Both the position numbers and the translations under genes were made by a program. Positions 53,028 to 63,761 of a stretch of 64,000 nucleotides of DNA are shown in pieces (within the stretch, counting starts at the first letter, position 1; each line of letters opens with the position of its first letter). The notes beneath the pieces were generated by a model, which did not search any database, was not told the DNA's origin, and saw only the letters and a program-made list of their open reading frames with translations. Where the stretch lies: positions 372,001 to 436,000 of the forward strand of contig CDROCS010000410.1 in NCBI GenBank assembly GCA_977020255.1, written 5' to 3'. The DNA comes from Obrimoposthia wandeli (lineage: Eukaryota).

Positions 53028-53783
53028 TTACAAGATACTCGATAAAAATTTCTGTAATCTTGGGTGAGAAGGGTTTTCAAAAAAGTTGGCTGGTACATCG
53101 TCTACAAGTAGCTGTCCATCTTCCATAAACAACACTCGGTCGGCAACTTCGTTAGCAAAGCCCATTTCGTGAGTCACCACAACCATGGTCATACCTTCTT
53201 CGGCCAAAGATTTCATCACCTCAAGTACCTCGCCGACCATTTCAGGATCCAGCGCCGATGTAGGCTCATCAAATAACATCAAATCAGGTTTCATCGCTAA
53301 CGCTCTGGCAATCGCCACTCGCTGTTGTTGCCCGCCGGATAACTGACTTGGGTACACGTCCACTTTTTCAGCTAAGCCAACTCGAGTAAGCAAGCTTATA
53401 GCGTCTTTTTCAACTTGTTCTTTACCCAAGTTTGATACCTTTAATGGCGCTAGCTTCACATTTTCTTTAACCGATAAGTGCGGGAAAAGATTAAACGATT
53501 GAAACACCATACCAACGTTTTCACGTAAGGTATTTATATTGGTAGAGGAGTCATACATATTGATGCCATCAATCGTGATATCGCCTTTAGTCACCGTTTC
53601 TAACTGGTTTAACGTACGTAGAAATGTTGACTTACCCGACCCTGATGGGCCAATAATAACCACTACTTCACCACGTTTAACAGTCACAGATACTTTTTTA
53701 AGCGCATGACACTTGTTGGGGTATATTTTATCGACATCAGTGGCAATCACCATGTCTTCGCCGTTATAATTTGCTCTAGTCAC
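53028..53783 (-). CDS. Polar amino-acid ABC transporter ATP-binding subunit
   Basis: [33 protein letters not shown]. Confidence 0.96.
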   Translation of the reverse strand: MTRANYNGEDMVIATDVDKIYPNKCHALKKVSVTVKRGEVVVIIGPSGSGKSTFLRTLNQLETVTKGDITIDGINMYDSSTNINTLRENVGMVFQSFNLFPHLSVKENVKLAPLKVSNLGKEQVEKDAISLLTRVGLAEKVDVYPSQLSGGQQQRVAIARALAMKPDLMLFDEPTSALDPEMVGEVLEVMKSLAEEGMTMVVVTHEMGFANEVADRVLFMEDGQLLVDDVPANFFENPSHPRLQKFLSSIL

Positions 53784-54723
53784 TGGTTGATAACCTCTTT
53801 TCTATACGCTGAACGCCGAAAGATAATGTTGCAGTAAGTACAAGATAAAGCGCTGCTACTGTAAACCAAACTTCAAAGGTAGCAAAACTGCCCGCAACTA
53901 CTTCCCTGCCAGCTTTCGTTAAATCTGTAATTGAAATCACTGATACCAGAGAGGAATCTTTGATTAAGTTAATAAACTGACCTGCCATTGGCGGTAAAGT
54001 ACGTTTAAATGCCTGTGGTAAAACGACATAAATCATCGCTTTTGGATAGCTCATGCCCAACGAGCGTGCAGCTTCCATCTGACCAGGTGAAATAGACTGA
54101 ATACCTGAACGTATGATCTCGGCAATATAAGCACCAGTGAACACAGATAAGGCGGCAATACCCGCGGTAAATCGGTCTAAATCGAAAATAGTGCCTAAGA
54201 AAAAGTAGACAATAAATATCTGCACAAGCAACGGTGTGCCACGGATCACTTCAACATATAAAAAGGCAAAGTTACGACTCAAAGGATTAGCTGATATACG
54301 CATTAATGCCGCGACTAAACCAATGATGATGGCAAAGAATAGCGAGATGAGTGACAATTTAATCGTCATCAACAAGCCTTGTAACAACACCCCCATACTT
54401 CGTTGATCTATGCTGGAGACGGTATCACCTTCAAAAACTAAATCGCCATCACTGACAAATACATCATCAGCTTTTACGATAGTCTGAGTTGGCTCACCGT
54501 TATCGAATTCAACATTAATAAGACCGCTGTCATTGATGATAATGGTGCCATCATACTCTGCATAGGTTTCTATTGGTGAGGTATCTATAATGTAGGGAAC
54601 CACGCGATTCCATTGCCAAGTATAATCAATTTTTTGTGATGCTGAATAGATTGAAAATCCTACTGCTATTAAAACGACAACAGACAGTAAGTGCCACATC
54701 CAATTATTTTTTTTATCGTGCAT
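53776..54723 (-). CDS. Polar amino-acid ABC transporter permease
   Basis: [21 protein letters not shown]...[10 protein letters not shown] (EAA motif). Confidence 0.95.
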   Translation of the reverse strand: MHDKKNNWMWHLLSVVVLIAVGFSIYSASQKIDYTWQWNRVVPYIIDTSPIETYAEYDGTIIINDSGLINVEFDNGEPTQTIVKADDVFVSDGDLVFEGDTVSSIDQRSMGVLLQGLLMTIKLSLISLFFAIIIGLVAALMRISANPLSRNFAFLYVEVIRGTPLLVQIFIVYFFLGTIFDLDRFTAGIAALSVFTGAYIAEIIRSGIQSISPGQMEAARSLGMSYPKAMIYVVLPQAFKRTLPPMAGQFINLIKDSSLVSVISITDLTKAGREVVAGSFATFEVWFTVAALYLVLTATLSFGVQRIEKRLSTSD

Positions 54724-54780
54724 ATTAATCCCAAATAAAGAGCTAAAAAGCCAGTAACAGAAGGCTACTGGCCCATTCGC

Positions 54781-55581
54781 TTATTTAACTTGTTTCAACC
54801 AAGCATCACTCTTGAACCACTTGTCATAGATTCGATCATAGGTACCGTCACCTTTGATTTGACGCAAGAAATTATTCAGGAAGTTAAGCATGTCATGATC
54901 ACCTTGTTTCACAGCCCAACCAAGTGGCTCGTAAGTGAAAGGTTCAAGAATAGACTCAACTTTATCGCTGTTCTGTGCAGCATAAATAGAGATAAATGGC
55001 ATATCGTAAACCATTGCATCTGCTTTGCCGTTGATGACTTCTAAAGCCGCGTCAGTTTCTGTTTCAAACGCATTGTATTTGGCTTTTTTAAGCATTCTTT
55101 TGATCACAACTTCACCTGTTGTGCCAAGTTTACCGGCTACAGTGTATTGCGGATCGTTAAGGTCTTTATAGCTGGTAATTTCACCCTTCAGTTTCGGGTT
55201 GATAATGATAGATTGGCCAACAACAATATACGGGTCAGCAAAGTTCACCTTTAGATTACGCTTAGCGGTCACCGTCATACCAGCCATGATCACATCACAT
55301 TTCCCTGTGATAAGAGCAGGAATAATACCGTCCCATGCTGTATTGACAGGCACATATTTAACGCCCATCTGCTTTGCCATCATTTTACCTAAGTCGACAT
55401 CAAAGCCTATGTAACTGTTATTCTTTGATTTCATCTCGAACGGCATATAGCCAGCATCAAAACATGCACGTAACTCACCAGATTCAGCAATGCCATCTAA
55501 TACAGCACCGGCATTAGCGCTTGCAGAACAGAAGATCATTGTACTCAAAGCGATAATTTTGCTGATTTTATTCTTTTTCAT
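54781..55581 (-). CDS. Polar amino-acid ABC substrate-binding protein (family 3)
   Basis: Signal peptide; PFE, GFDVDL, WDGIIPAL, GMTVT..R. Confidence 0.94.
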   Translation of the reverse strand: MKKNKISKIIALSTMIFCSASANAGAVLDGIAESGELRACFDAGYMPFEMKSKNNSYIGFDVDLGKMMAKQMGVKYVPVNTAWDGIIPALITGKCDVIMAGMTVTAKRNLKVNFADPYIVVGQSIIINPKLKGEITSYKDLNDPQYTVAGKLGTTGEVVIKRMLKKAKYNAFETETDAALEVINGKADAMVYDMPFISIYAAQNSDKVESILEPFTYEPLGWAVKQGDHDMLNFLNNFLRQIKGDGTYDRIYDKWFKSDAWLKQVK

Positions 55582-56111
55582 ATTAATTCCTTGTTATATT
55601 TTCGAACAAATTAATCCATTAGTCGGTTTTTATTCATAATTACCATTAATTCACGCGTATATAAGCGATATTTACGCTTGTATATTCACATACTAAAACA
55701 CGTTATATCAGTGTTCCACTCTATTCATAATCAATAAAGCAGCTAATTAGACCTAAATATAATGGTAATTAAAAATATAGAACAACTATGCCCTAGGCTG
55801 AATCAAATAACATTGAACTAAAACACATAACAATAAATTAACACTGGTAACAATGCATAAAATCATGCAAACGATAAAATAAAGACTCTAATACTAATTA
55901 AAACTCAGAAAATAAGAGGTATTTTTAATGATTGTTAAAAAATGAGTGCAGTAAGGGTTAACAACGCCGCGTGATTTACGCATGTAATAGATCGAACCCA
56001 AACATTTTCAGTGACTTTGTAGGAATATTGGTAGGACGCGAGAGTAATTATTATAGAAAGAAGAAGTCAGTCTTACATCATTAAAACTGACTAAACTGAA
56101 GCGCTAAATTA

Positions 56112-56648
56112 TCAAATACCTTGCCAGTCAGACGCTAGCACGGCCATCATTACTTTATCGACAAACTCACCGTTGCGGAAACCAGATTGTCTTTTCACCC
56201 CTTCATGAACATAACCAGCATTTGCATAAGCTTTGATTGCTGATGGATTATTAGCATAAGCGGTTAACTCGATACGGTGTAAACCTAGGGTATTAAAGCC
56301 ATAATCGGTGATCAGTTTAGTGACTTCTGTTCCTACGCCTTTACCCCAATAATTCTTATCGCCAATAAGAATAAAGTATTCGCCACAACGATTTAACGTA
56401 CTGATAGACGCGATACCTGCATAGCCTATTAATTTTTTTGTTTCAGGACAGCACACACCAAATGACACACATTTAGCATTACCGTTAATGCTGGATAACC
56501 AAGTCGTAATATCTGTTTTTGATTGCGGGTATGCATAAGAAGATAAGCTGAACTGCGTCACCTCTCGATCGCATGACCACGCATAAAATTCAGCGCTATC
56601 ATTAATATCTAACGATCTTAATTCGGCTTTACCAGTAACTAAAAACAT
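56112..56648 (-). CDS. GNAT acetyltransferase (RimJ/RimL/SpeG-like)
   Basis: YWGKGVG, LHRIEL, N..AIKAY...GY..EG. Confidence 0.88.
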   Translation of the reverse strand: MFLVTGKAELRSLDINDSAEFYAWSCDREVTQFSLSSYAYPQSKTDITTWLSSINGNAKCVSFGVCCPETKKLIGYAGIASISTLNRCGEYFILIGDKNYWGKGVGTEVTKLITDYGFNTLGLHRIELTAYANNPSAIKAYANAGYVHEGVKRQSGFRNGEFVDKVMMAVLASDWQGI

Positions 56649-56712
56649 GGTTTTTCCTTTAATATAAAGTAGTTGTAAGTTGATAACGTCAATACTGGGC
56701 TTTTAAATGCCT

Positions 56713-57720
56713 TTATAGAGTAGCGCCTGAGACTAATTTTTGACGATATTGGGAAATAGAGCAACCAAACCAGCGCCTAAAATTTCTGCTCAGCACTGCC
56801 ACATCAGAATAACCTAGTTTAAACGCTAATTCAGTTATATTAACCTGGCTATTAACCAGTGCTTGTAACACTAATTCCTTTCTTATATCAGCAAGAATAT
56901 CTTTATATTTCAAGTCACAGTCTTTAAGGCGAGTTTGTAGTACCCGAGGGTGAATATTCAAACTCTGCGCCACTCGAATCAACGAACATTCACCCGATGC
57001 TAATAACTGTTGAACAGCATGGGATACTTGATGATTGAGGTCATTTGGATAATCTGCGGTTAATTTTGTTAGTTGCTTATCAAGGTACGCTTTTATCGAA
57101 TCCTGATCATGATTAGTCTGTTTGTTTAACCAAAACGACGCGAATTGGATACCATTGAATGAAGAACCAAAGTTGATAGCCCGCCCCCAAGAAGGCATCA
57201 CATAATCCGCCTCGAGGGAAGCGCTAAGATGCCTGTTAATATTCGATTTATCGGTCCCCATTAAAAAACCAGCGGTATTGGCAAGCAAACCAATACTCAG
57301 TTGCGAGAGCTGATTAACACCTTTCGGAGGATCAAACAAAAAAGTTAACGAAATCGTCACTTTATTATCCACTTCATCTAGGTGAATATTGACGCCATTA
57401 GCATGTAACCGAATATGCTCAATGGTATATTTTATTGCTTCTCCGACTGTGCCTTGTTGAGTCGAAATAAGCCCGAGATCACCCAAGGTTAAGTTATTCT
57501 GATAAGCAGATAACTTAAGCCCGAATAACGGACAATTACACATGACCGCAGTAACCTCTAATAGCTCTGCTACCTTCTCATAAGCCAAATAAGTATCAGC
57601 TGATTGTAATTGACAAGCGCTTAATCCTGCCCATTTTAACAAAATATAGGGATTACCACCCAGTTCGCGGACCAATTTCTCGTAACCTTCTAGCGCACCG
57701 CTTCTCACTAAATAAATCAT
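56713..57720 (-). CDS. AraC-family regulator (OruR/VqsM-like)
   Basis: Long N-terminal ligand domain; VAQSLNIHPRVLQTRL and LGYSDVAVLSRNFRRW HTHs. Confidence 0.88.
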   Translation of the reverse strand: MIYLVRSGALEGYEKLVRELGGNPYILLKWAGLSACQLQSADTYLAYEKVAELLEVTAVMCNCPLFGLKLSAYQNNLTLGDLGLISTQQGTVGEAIKYTIEHIRLHANGVNIHLDEVDNKVTISLTFLFDPPKGVNQLSQLSIGLLANTAGFLMGTDKSNINRHLSASLEADYVMPSWGRAINFGSSFNGIQFASFWLNKQTNHDQDSIKAYLDKQLTKLTADYPNDLNHQVSHAVQQLLASGECSLIRVAQSLNIHPRVLQTRLKDCDLKYKDILADIRKELVLQALVNSQVNITELAFKLGYSDVAVLSRNFRRWFGCSISQYRQKLVSGATL

Positions 57721-57829
57721 CCATAATCCCTATTCTTCGCATTTAATCAACTAACGCTCGTGTTTGGTTAAGATAATATCTCATAAATAGCTGATATTGA
57801 TATCTCAATTAACAACCAAATGGTGACAT

Positions 57830-58330
57830 ATGTCTTACTTAGAACTCTCTCCCGTCGTTGTCGATAACTTTGACTGGCTTCCTCTTGCTCTACCTGAAAG
57901 CGAGGGTATTTTTATAAAAGTACTTCGTGTTGATACGGCAAGTGGTCGTGCTGTATTAAAAATAAAAATGGCGCCCGACAGTGCCGCACCTAAGCATTAC
58001 CATTTCTGTCGCGCAGTGGCTTATACCATATCAGGCAGTTGGGATTATGATGAAGGAGGATTCCAAGCAGGTGATGTCGCGGTTGAACCGATTGGTAATT
58101 TCCATCAAGCGGCCAGTACCAATGGCACTGAGATGATGCTGGTATTTGATACTCATTTTGAAGATGGCCGTTTATTAGATAATTACATGAGTGACGGTTC
58201 AGTTGTCCGCATCGGTATCCAATTACTGCAACAACTTGAAGCGAAAAACTTGGCTGACATGGTCGACTTTAATCCAATGCCATATATTCAGATATTTGCG
58301 AATGTCGCTGCTGCAGAAGCTCAGAGGTAA
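57830..58330 (+). CDS. Cupin, 2,4'-dihydroxyacetophenone dioxygenase/ChrR-like
   Basis: PKHYH...YTISGSW.Y...G...EP.G.FH cupin metal motif. Confidence 0.75.
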   Translation: MSYLELSPVVVDNFDWLPLALPESEGIFIKVLRVDTASGRAVLKIKMAPDSAAPKHYHFCRAVAYTISGSWDYDEGGFQAGDVAVEPIGNFHQAASTNGTEMMLVFDTHFEDGRLLDNYMSDGSVVRIGIQLLQQLEAKNLADMVDFNPMPYIQIFANVAAAEAQR

Positions 58331-58332
58331 TT

Positions 58333-59343
58333 ATGCCAATTGCTCAAGGAAATAACCGTTCGGCACTCATTACTGGTGCCACAGGTTTTATTGGTCAGCA
58401 CTTGGTCGATGCTTTACTGCAGCGTGGCTGGCAAGTTACCGCGTTGGTATTACAAGGTGAAGTACCACCAGCGCATTGGATTGATAACGTTAAACTCGTT
58501 GTTGGGGATATTCGTAAGCTAGCCTTCCTTGAGCCGCAGATTGGTGATATCGATACCGTCTTTCACTTAGCTGCCATAGTCAGTGATTGGGGAGCTACAA
58601 GTGAACACGTTGATATAACCGTCAACGGTACGAGGCAAGCAATAGCGCTTGCTCTGGAAAAGAATGCACATTTTGTGGTAACAACAAGTATCGCAGCTTA
58701 TGCAAGCAACTTAGGCAGGGGCATCATCAACGAAAACATGCCCCACGGAAAGGCGAGTTCTGCTTATGAACTTTGTAAACAACAGCAAGAACATGTCACC
58801 TTGGATGCGGTTGCGTATCATCAATTACAAGCAACCTTAATTCGACCAAGTAATGTGTATGGGGTGGGAAGCAAACCTTGGGTCGAGCGCCTTTCTACAC
58901 TCATCAAAAATGGATCGCCAGTGTTACTTGGTAAAGGAGATTGGGATGCCGGTTTATGCCATGTCGACAACTTGATTCAACTCATGATATTAGCAGCTAC
59001 AAAACCACACCAAAATGGTGAAATTTATAATGCTGCCGATGGTTTTGGCGTGACATGGGAACAATACATCACCCGTTTGACCCAAGTATTAACATTACCC
59101 AAGGCAAAACATTTACCACGGCGTGTGGCCAAATATGCAGCACCAATTTTAGAAACCGCTGCACACCTAACCAAACGTAAGGAAGCACCAGCATTGACCC
59201 GATTGGCTTATCGCTTAATGGCTGAACACTCTATTTTCAGCATAGATAAAGCAAAAAATCAGCTTGGTTATAGACCCGCAACAACTTTCGAGCAAGCAAT
59301 GTCGCAACTGGCACAGACCAATAACACTAGGAGCAAATTATAA
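58333..59343 (+). CDS. Extended SDR (3-beta-hydroxysteroid dehydrogenase/epimerase-like)
   Basis: ITGATGFIG, VFHLAA, YELCK (YxxxK), RPSNVYG. Confidence 0.85.
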   Translation: MPIAQGNNRSALITGATGFIGQHLVDALLQRGWQVTALVLQGEVPPAHWIDNVKLVVGDIRKLAFLEPQIGDIDTVFHLAAIVSDWGATSEHVDITVNGTRQAIALALEKNAHFVVTTSIAAYASNLGRGIINENMPHGKASSAYELCKQQQEHVTLDAVAYHQLQATLIRPSNVYGVGSKPWVERLSTLIKNGSPVLLGKGDWDAGLCHVDNLIQLMILAATKPHQNGEIYNAADGFGVTWEQYITRLTQVLTLPKAKHLPRRVAKYAAPILETAAHLTKRKEAPALTRLAYRLMAEHSIFSIDKAKNQLGYRPATTFEQAMSQLAQTNNTRSKL

Positions 59344-60167
59344 TGACTAACAACTGGATATGGATAACCGGTAGCGCAAGTGGTTTAGGCCGTCATTTAA
59401 CCGCTGAGCTTATTCGCAAGGGCTACTCAGTATTAGCCTCTGATATCAATTTGGCAGCCTTAGAAATTGCGATGAATGAAGACAAGTGGCCAAGTCAACA
59501 AGTGACACTAGCTGCACTGGACATCACCCAATTAACACAATGGCAAGCGCTATTTAAGCTAAGTACTGGTCAAGGTAAACAGTTCAGTCATTTATTGAAT
59601 ATAGCGGGTTTTATTGAACCTAGCTGTGGTTACAAAAAACCAAGCCAGCAAATAGAAAAACACATCAATATCAATCTGATGGGAATAGTTAATGGCTGCG
59701 ATACTTTATTACCACATTTTCAACAGCATGGTACTGGACACATTATCAATATAGCCTCTTTAGCGGGTATAACCCCAGTACCTGGCGTCGTAGCCTATAG
59801 CACCTCAAAGGCGGCGGTAAGAAGTTTTAGTAACGGTTTAGCAATGGAGTTAAAGCTAGATAATATCCCTGTCGATGTCAGTTGTGTTTGTCCCGATTTA
59901 ATTTCGACCCCAATGATGGAAAAACAGCTAGGATATGGCGAACATTCAAAATTGGTCTTTTCAGGAGGCAGCGCGTTAACGGTTGAGCAAGTTGGGCAAC
60001 TCATTTTAGGTCGCGTATGGGAACATAAAACTATCGAAGTAGCGATACCATTTAAACGAGAATGGCAGGTAAGACTAACCGCCTTATTGCCCAATCATAT
60101 GATGGGATTATATCGATATTTAGCGAATAAAGGTCGACGACAATTACGCGCACGTCAGAAGCCGTAA
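59343..60167 (+). CDS. Classical SDR oxidoreductase
   Basis: TGSASGLG, NIAG, IINIASLAG, YSTSKAAV, CPD.I.TPM. Confidence 0.9.
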   Translation: MTNNWIWITGSASGLGRHLTAELIRKGYSVLASDINLAALEIAMNEDKWPSQQVTLAALDITQLTQWQALFKLSTGQGKQFSHLLNIAGFIEPSCGYKKPSQQIEKHININLMGIVNGCDTLLPHFQQHGTGHIINIASLAGITPVPGVVAYSTSKAAVRSFSNGLAMELKLDNIPVDVSCVCPDLISTPMMEKQLGYGEHSKLVFSGGSALTVEQVGQLILGRVWEHKTIEVAIPFKREWQVRLTALLPNHMMGLYRYLANKGRRQLRARQKP

Positions 60168-60260
60168 AGCTAAACGTTCTGGCTATGAATTTATCACTCA
60201 CGCCTGTATCATGTTGACACCGACCGTTAGCAAGCGCATACAAAGCAGTTATAGGACATT

Positions 60261-61019
60261 ATGGAAAAGAAAAACCAAGGTATACAATCTGTAGAACAAG
60301 CTTTTGAGATCATCGATTTTTTCTCTAACAAAAATCAACCGATCTCGTTAGGCGACGCTGCGCTACAAATGGATATATCTAAAAGTAAACTCCATAAATA
60401 TCTTGCCAGTTTTCTGCGTATCGGCATTATCACCCAAGATATAAATGGCCACTACTGCCATGGCTCCAAGCTAATCGAGTTGGGTGCAAAGATCCTTGGC
60501 CACACAGACATACTCCATTTCTGTGAACCAGAATTACAACGGTTAAGGCTAGAAGCACAAGAAGCAACAGCACTCGCGGTTTGGACGACGCAAGGCCCTA
60601 TGATTGTGCGCTTTCTGGAAAGCCCATACCCAGTGGCAATAAGCTTTAGAGTTGGTTTTCACGCACCGCTCACACAAAGCTCTGTAGGTATGTGTTTTGC
60701 TGCGTTCTCACCTGAAGAAGCTTATCAGCATCTACTAACAGCTGAAACACAGGGCGAAACAGCGCAAGGTGAGGAATTTAAACACGCGTTAACAGCGGTT
60801 AAAGATCAGGGTTATGCAGTTCGCAATACTATAAACCCAAGTATACCGGGCGCAAAAGCAATATCAGCGCCTATCTTTGACGCGACCGGTAATATCATCG
60901 CTTGTATTCTCATCATAGGTTTTAAGCAGCAAGAAGCGATTCAAGAACAGGCTATCCAAGCCATATGCGATAGCAGCAAACGGCTATCTCAGCAGTTAGG
61001 GCACCATATTAGCACTTAG
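60261..61019 (+). CDS. IclR-family regulator
   Basis: IQSVEQAF.I...SKSKLHKYL; SSVG..F; AISAPIFD. Confidence 0.9.
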   Translation: MEKKNQGIQSVEQAFEIIDFFSNKNQPISLGDAALQMDISKSKLHKYLASFLRIGIITQDINGHYCHGSKLIELGAKILGHTDILHFCEPELQRLRLEAQEATALAVWTTQGPMIVRFLESPYPVAISFRVGFHAPLTQSSVGMCFAAFSPEEAYQHLLTAETQGETAQGEEFKHALTAVKDQGYAVRNTINPSIPGAKAISAPIFDATGNIIACILIIGFKQQEAIQEQAIQAICDSSKRLSQQLGHHIST

Positions 61020-61035
61020 AATACGCACGCTTAAA

Positions 61036-61719
61036 TTAAGGCCCCATTAACCGGGGGCTCCAGTCCTCTAACACACCGTTTTCTAATCGTCGTTCAACAA
61101 GCCTGCGCCATGAATCGACAAGTGGTAATGCGAGTAATTCTAAGAGGACGGTTTTGTCTAAGCACCCACTAAAAATAAGACTCATTATGCGTGCAACAGA
61201 CCAATCAGGATAAGGTCTTTCACAAAGTATAATATCATCCCCTGCGCCTATAGTCCCTTCCTCCAGAACCCGAAAATACCAACCAGTGCGTAATGTCTGT
61301 TGTAATTTAACCGCCATGTCATGCTGTTCAAATCTTTCGTTTAATTTCCAACAAGGCATACGTCCCTGTGACACTTGTAATAGTGTCGTGCCTATGCGGA
61401 TCTTATCTTCAATACAGATCGTGTGTTCATCGACACCAAGGGAACTAATATTTTCACCAAAAGCCCCCACATGTTGGAATAGCCTGTTGTCACTTAACGT
61501 TTTTCGCCATTCGCTGTAATGCTCTCGAGGATAAATATGAAGTGCTTTTTCAATACCACCATGCACAATCAGATCGCCTTGCTCGTCATTGATAAATCCT
61601 AATTTATCGACAAATTGACGTTCACCTAATACCTTTTTGTTTATGCCACTTTTGGAGTCTCTCGCAAAAGGAACTGCTTTACCGGCTAACACAGCAGTAA
61701 CCGAACCTATCTTTTTCAT
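61036..61719 (-). CDS. MOSC domain protein (YiiM-like)
   Basis: SGINK, DEQGDL..HGG.EKA, FGENI, QGRMPCWKL, TGWYFRVL. Start ATG 61719. Confidence 0.9.
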   Translation of the reverse strand: MKKIGSVTAVLAGKAVPFARDSKSGINKKVLGERQFVDKLGFINDEQGDLIVHGGIEKALHIYPREHYSEWRKTLSDNRLFQHVGAFGENISSLGVDEHTICIEDKIRIGTTLLQVSQGRMPCWKLNERFEQHDMAVKLQQTLRTGWYFRVLEEGTIGAGDDIILCERPYPDWSVARIMSLIFSGCLDKTVLLELLALPLVDSWRRLVERRLENGVLEDWSPRLMGP

Positions 61720-61729
61720 ATAAATAGCT

Positions 61730-61972
61730 CTATGACTCGTGGCGAAGTTGATAAATAGGTTGTACCGCAAGTACTTCGATACCTGTCGGCGTACTCTTAA
61801 GGTAACGAACTTCATCGTCAGAGAATAAAATCTCTCTCGAAAAGCCTTCTGCCGTGGGGAATCGTGCTAATGCTAACGTTAGTATTTCATCTCTGGTTTT
61901 ATGATCATTATTCTCAATTGAAATTTCACAAAATGGTTTTTTGTCTTTGGTTATTTTAATTTTATATCTCAT
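61730..61972 (-). CDS. Small hypothetical protein (80 aa)
   Basis: ATG with GTGAG upstream; ends 10 nt before the MOSC gene on the same strand. Confidence 0.65.
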   Translation of the reverse strand: MRYKIKITKDKKPFCEISIENNDHKTRDEILTLALARFPTAEGFSREILFSDDEVRYLKSTPTGIEVLAVQPIYQLRHES

Positions 61973-62102
61973 GGCTATTACTCACTTAAGGAAATTGGAT
62001 GTAACAATATTAAACGAGACTATACCACCAACAACCAAATACACCAATAGGAAATCTAATTCACCAAAAAGAAACGAGGTATGTAAAAAGGCTAAAGGAA
62101 GA

Positions 62103-62999
62103 TCAACTAGCTAAATGCTGTTGCATAATATCTCGCAATCGTTGTAGCCCTTTACCCTTGTTCACTGTTTTCCAAGCAAGATAAATACCCGATATTTTTT
62201 CGGCTTCGTTTAACTCGACTTCGATCAGTGCCCCCGACGCTAATTGTGATTGAATTCGAGACTTCGGCAGATAACCAACACCAATACCTGCAACGATGGC
62301 TTGGATCTTGTGTTCAACAGCATTGACATAAAAGTGTCGACTTTGCTCAATGATGTTATTTGACCAAGGTATCGCATTTTGGGCTGAATCATGGACAATC
62401 ACAGTGCGGTAGTTATCAATTTCTGATTTATTGACCGGCGATTGAAAGCTGGCTAGCTCATGCCCTTTCGGTACAACAAAAACCTGCTTTAGATTATCTA
62501 AGGCAATAACACTGATCCCTTGTTGATTAGGTACTGGTTCTGGCGCTGCGATAAGTAAATCAGTGCGATCTTCAATTAAGGCTTCCCACGAACCATTCAT
62601 GACTTCTTCATTTAAGTCTATTTCAATGTTCGGGTGTTCCTGTAAGAACTGCGCGAGTGGCGCAAGCAATAGCTGCATATCAAAAATAGAATCGAAGGTA
62701 ATATTAATTTTCGGTTCCCAACCATGAGAAATGGTCTGCGTTTGTTCGGTTAACTTACTTACTGCGCCAAGTACCTTGCGCCCTTCATCCAATAAATGAC
62801 GACCCGCAGGCGTTAACACCGAGCGTCTGCCCTGCCGAACAAACAAAGTCACTGTTAATTGCTCTTCTAATTTCTGCACTATGTAAGAGAGCGCTGAAGG
62901 TACTTTGTTTAACTGCTCAGCCGCTGCCGCGAAACTGCCACGGCGGTCAATTGTATCGAGCACTTGTAATGCTTCGATAGTAATTGGAGATTTATACAT
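62103..62999 (-). CDS. LysR-family regulator (YhaJ-like)
   Basis: DTIDRRGSFAAAAEQLNKVPSALSY; MNGSWEAL; divergent from DoxX and yqjG. Confidence 0.88.
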   Translation of the reverse strand: MYKSPITIEALQVLDTIDRRGSFAAAAEQLNKVPSALSYIVQKLEEQLTVTLFVRQGRRSVLTPAGRHLLDEGRKVLGAVSKLTEQTQTISHGWEPKINITFDSIFDMQLLLAPLAQFLQEHPNIEIDLNEEVMNGSWEALIEDRTDLLIAAPEPVPNQQGISVIALDNLKQVFVVPKGHELASFQSPVNKSEIDNYRTVIVHDSAQNAIPWSNNIIEQSRHFYVNAVEHKIQAIVAGIGVGYLPKSRIQSQLASGALIEVELNEAEKISGIYLAWKTVNKGKGLQRLRDIMQQHLAS

Positions 63000-63085
63000 T
63001 TATGCCTCTCTTATCATTTAGCTGGTCATGAAACTTGTTATGAGACTTGTTATGAGATTAGTATAAAAATAACGCCGCTATCAAT

Positions 63086-63104
63086 TGTTCAAATATTTTG
63101 AACA
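63086..63104. promoter_or_regulatory. LysR operator palindrome
   Basis: tgttcaaa-tat-tttgaaca perfect IR (contains T-N11-A) in the divergent promoter. Confidence 0.72.
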
Positions 63105-63197
63105 TACTAAACAAATTTCAGCGGTTATTCCATTCGATTTAAGCGCATACAATGGATCCATACTGAAAAAACATTAACGAACCCAAGAGAGAACAGC

Positions 63198-63644
63198 ATG
63201 AACATCGCAACAATCAAACAAGTATTAACATCAGAAAACAGCTTTTCAGCATTACCACTACGCTTAATAGCAGGCATCATATTCACTGCTCACGGTTCGC
63301 AAAAGCTATTTGCTTGGTTTGGTGGTTATGGCCTAGAAGGTACCGGTCAATGGATGGAGTCAATCGGTCTAGCACCAGGTTACTTAATGGCGATGATGGC
63401 AGGTAGTGCCGAGTTCTTTGGTGGTTTATTACTTATCTTAGGCTTATTGACTCGACCTACTGCATTGGTTTTAGCCGTTACTATGCTGATTGCTATCTTT
63501 AGTACCCATTTTGCTAATGGTTTATTCATGAGTAATAACGGTTATGAATTTGCATTATCATTGTTTGCAATCACGCTTGCACTCATGTTCCAAGGCGGCG
63601 GCAAGCTTTCATTAGACCGTATTTTAGTAAGCAAACTTAACTAA
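63198..63644 (+). CDS. DoxX-family membrane protein (YqjF-like)
   Basis: LRL..G.IF.AHGSQKLF.WFGG.G, AEFFGG, NGYEF, G.LSLD. Confidence 0.9.
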   Translation: MNIATIKQVLTSENSFSALPLRLIAGIIFTAHGSQKLFAWFGGYGLEGTGQWMESIGLAPGYLMAMMAGSAEFFGGLLLILGLLTRPTALVLAVTMLIAIFSTHFANGLFMSNNGYEFALSLFAITLALMFQGGGKLSLDRILVSKLN

Positions 63645-63761
63645 TCAATAAAATTCACATTTTTAATGGTTGTTCGAATTACTAGCATAGTAAGTCCTAC
63701 AACTGTTAACACACAACGGTTAACACACAAAAATTGCACAGCATCAGATAGGAGTAGTCTC

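Noticed and set aside
55845-55875. ArgR box upstream of the amino-acid ABC operon (tgcataaaatcatgca)
   Set aside because: Half-site spacing is 6 nt rather than the 4 nt of an ARG box.
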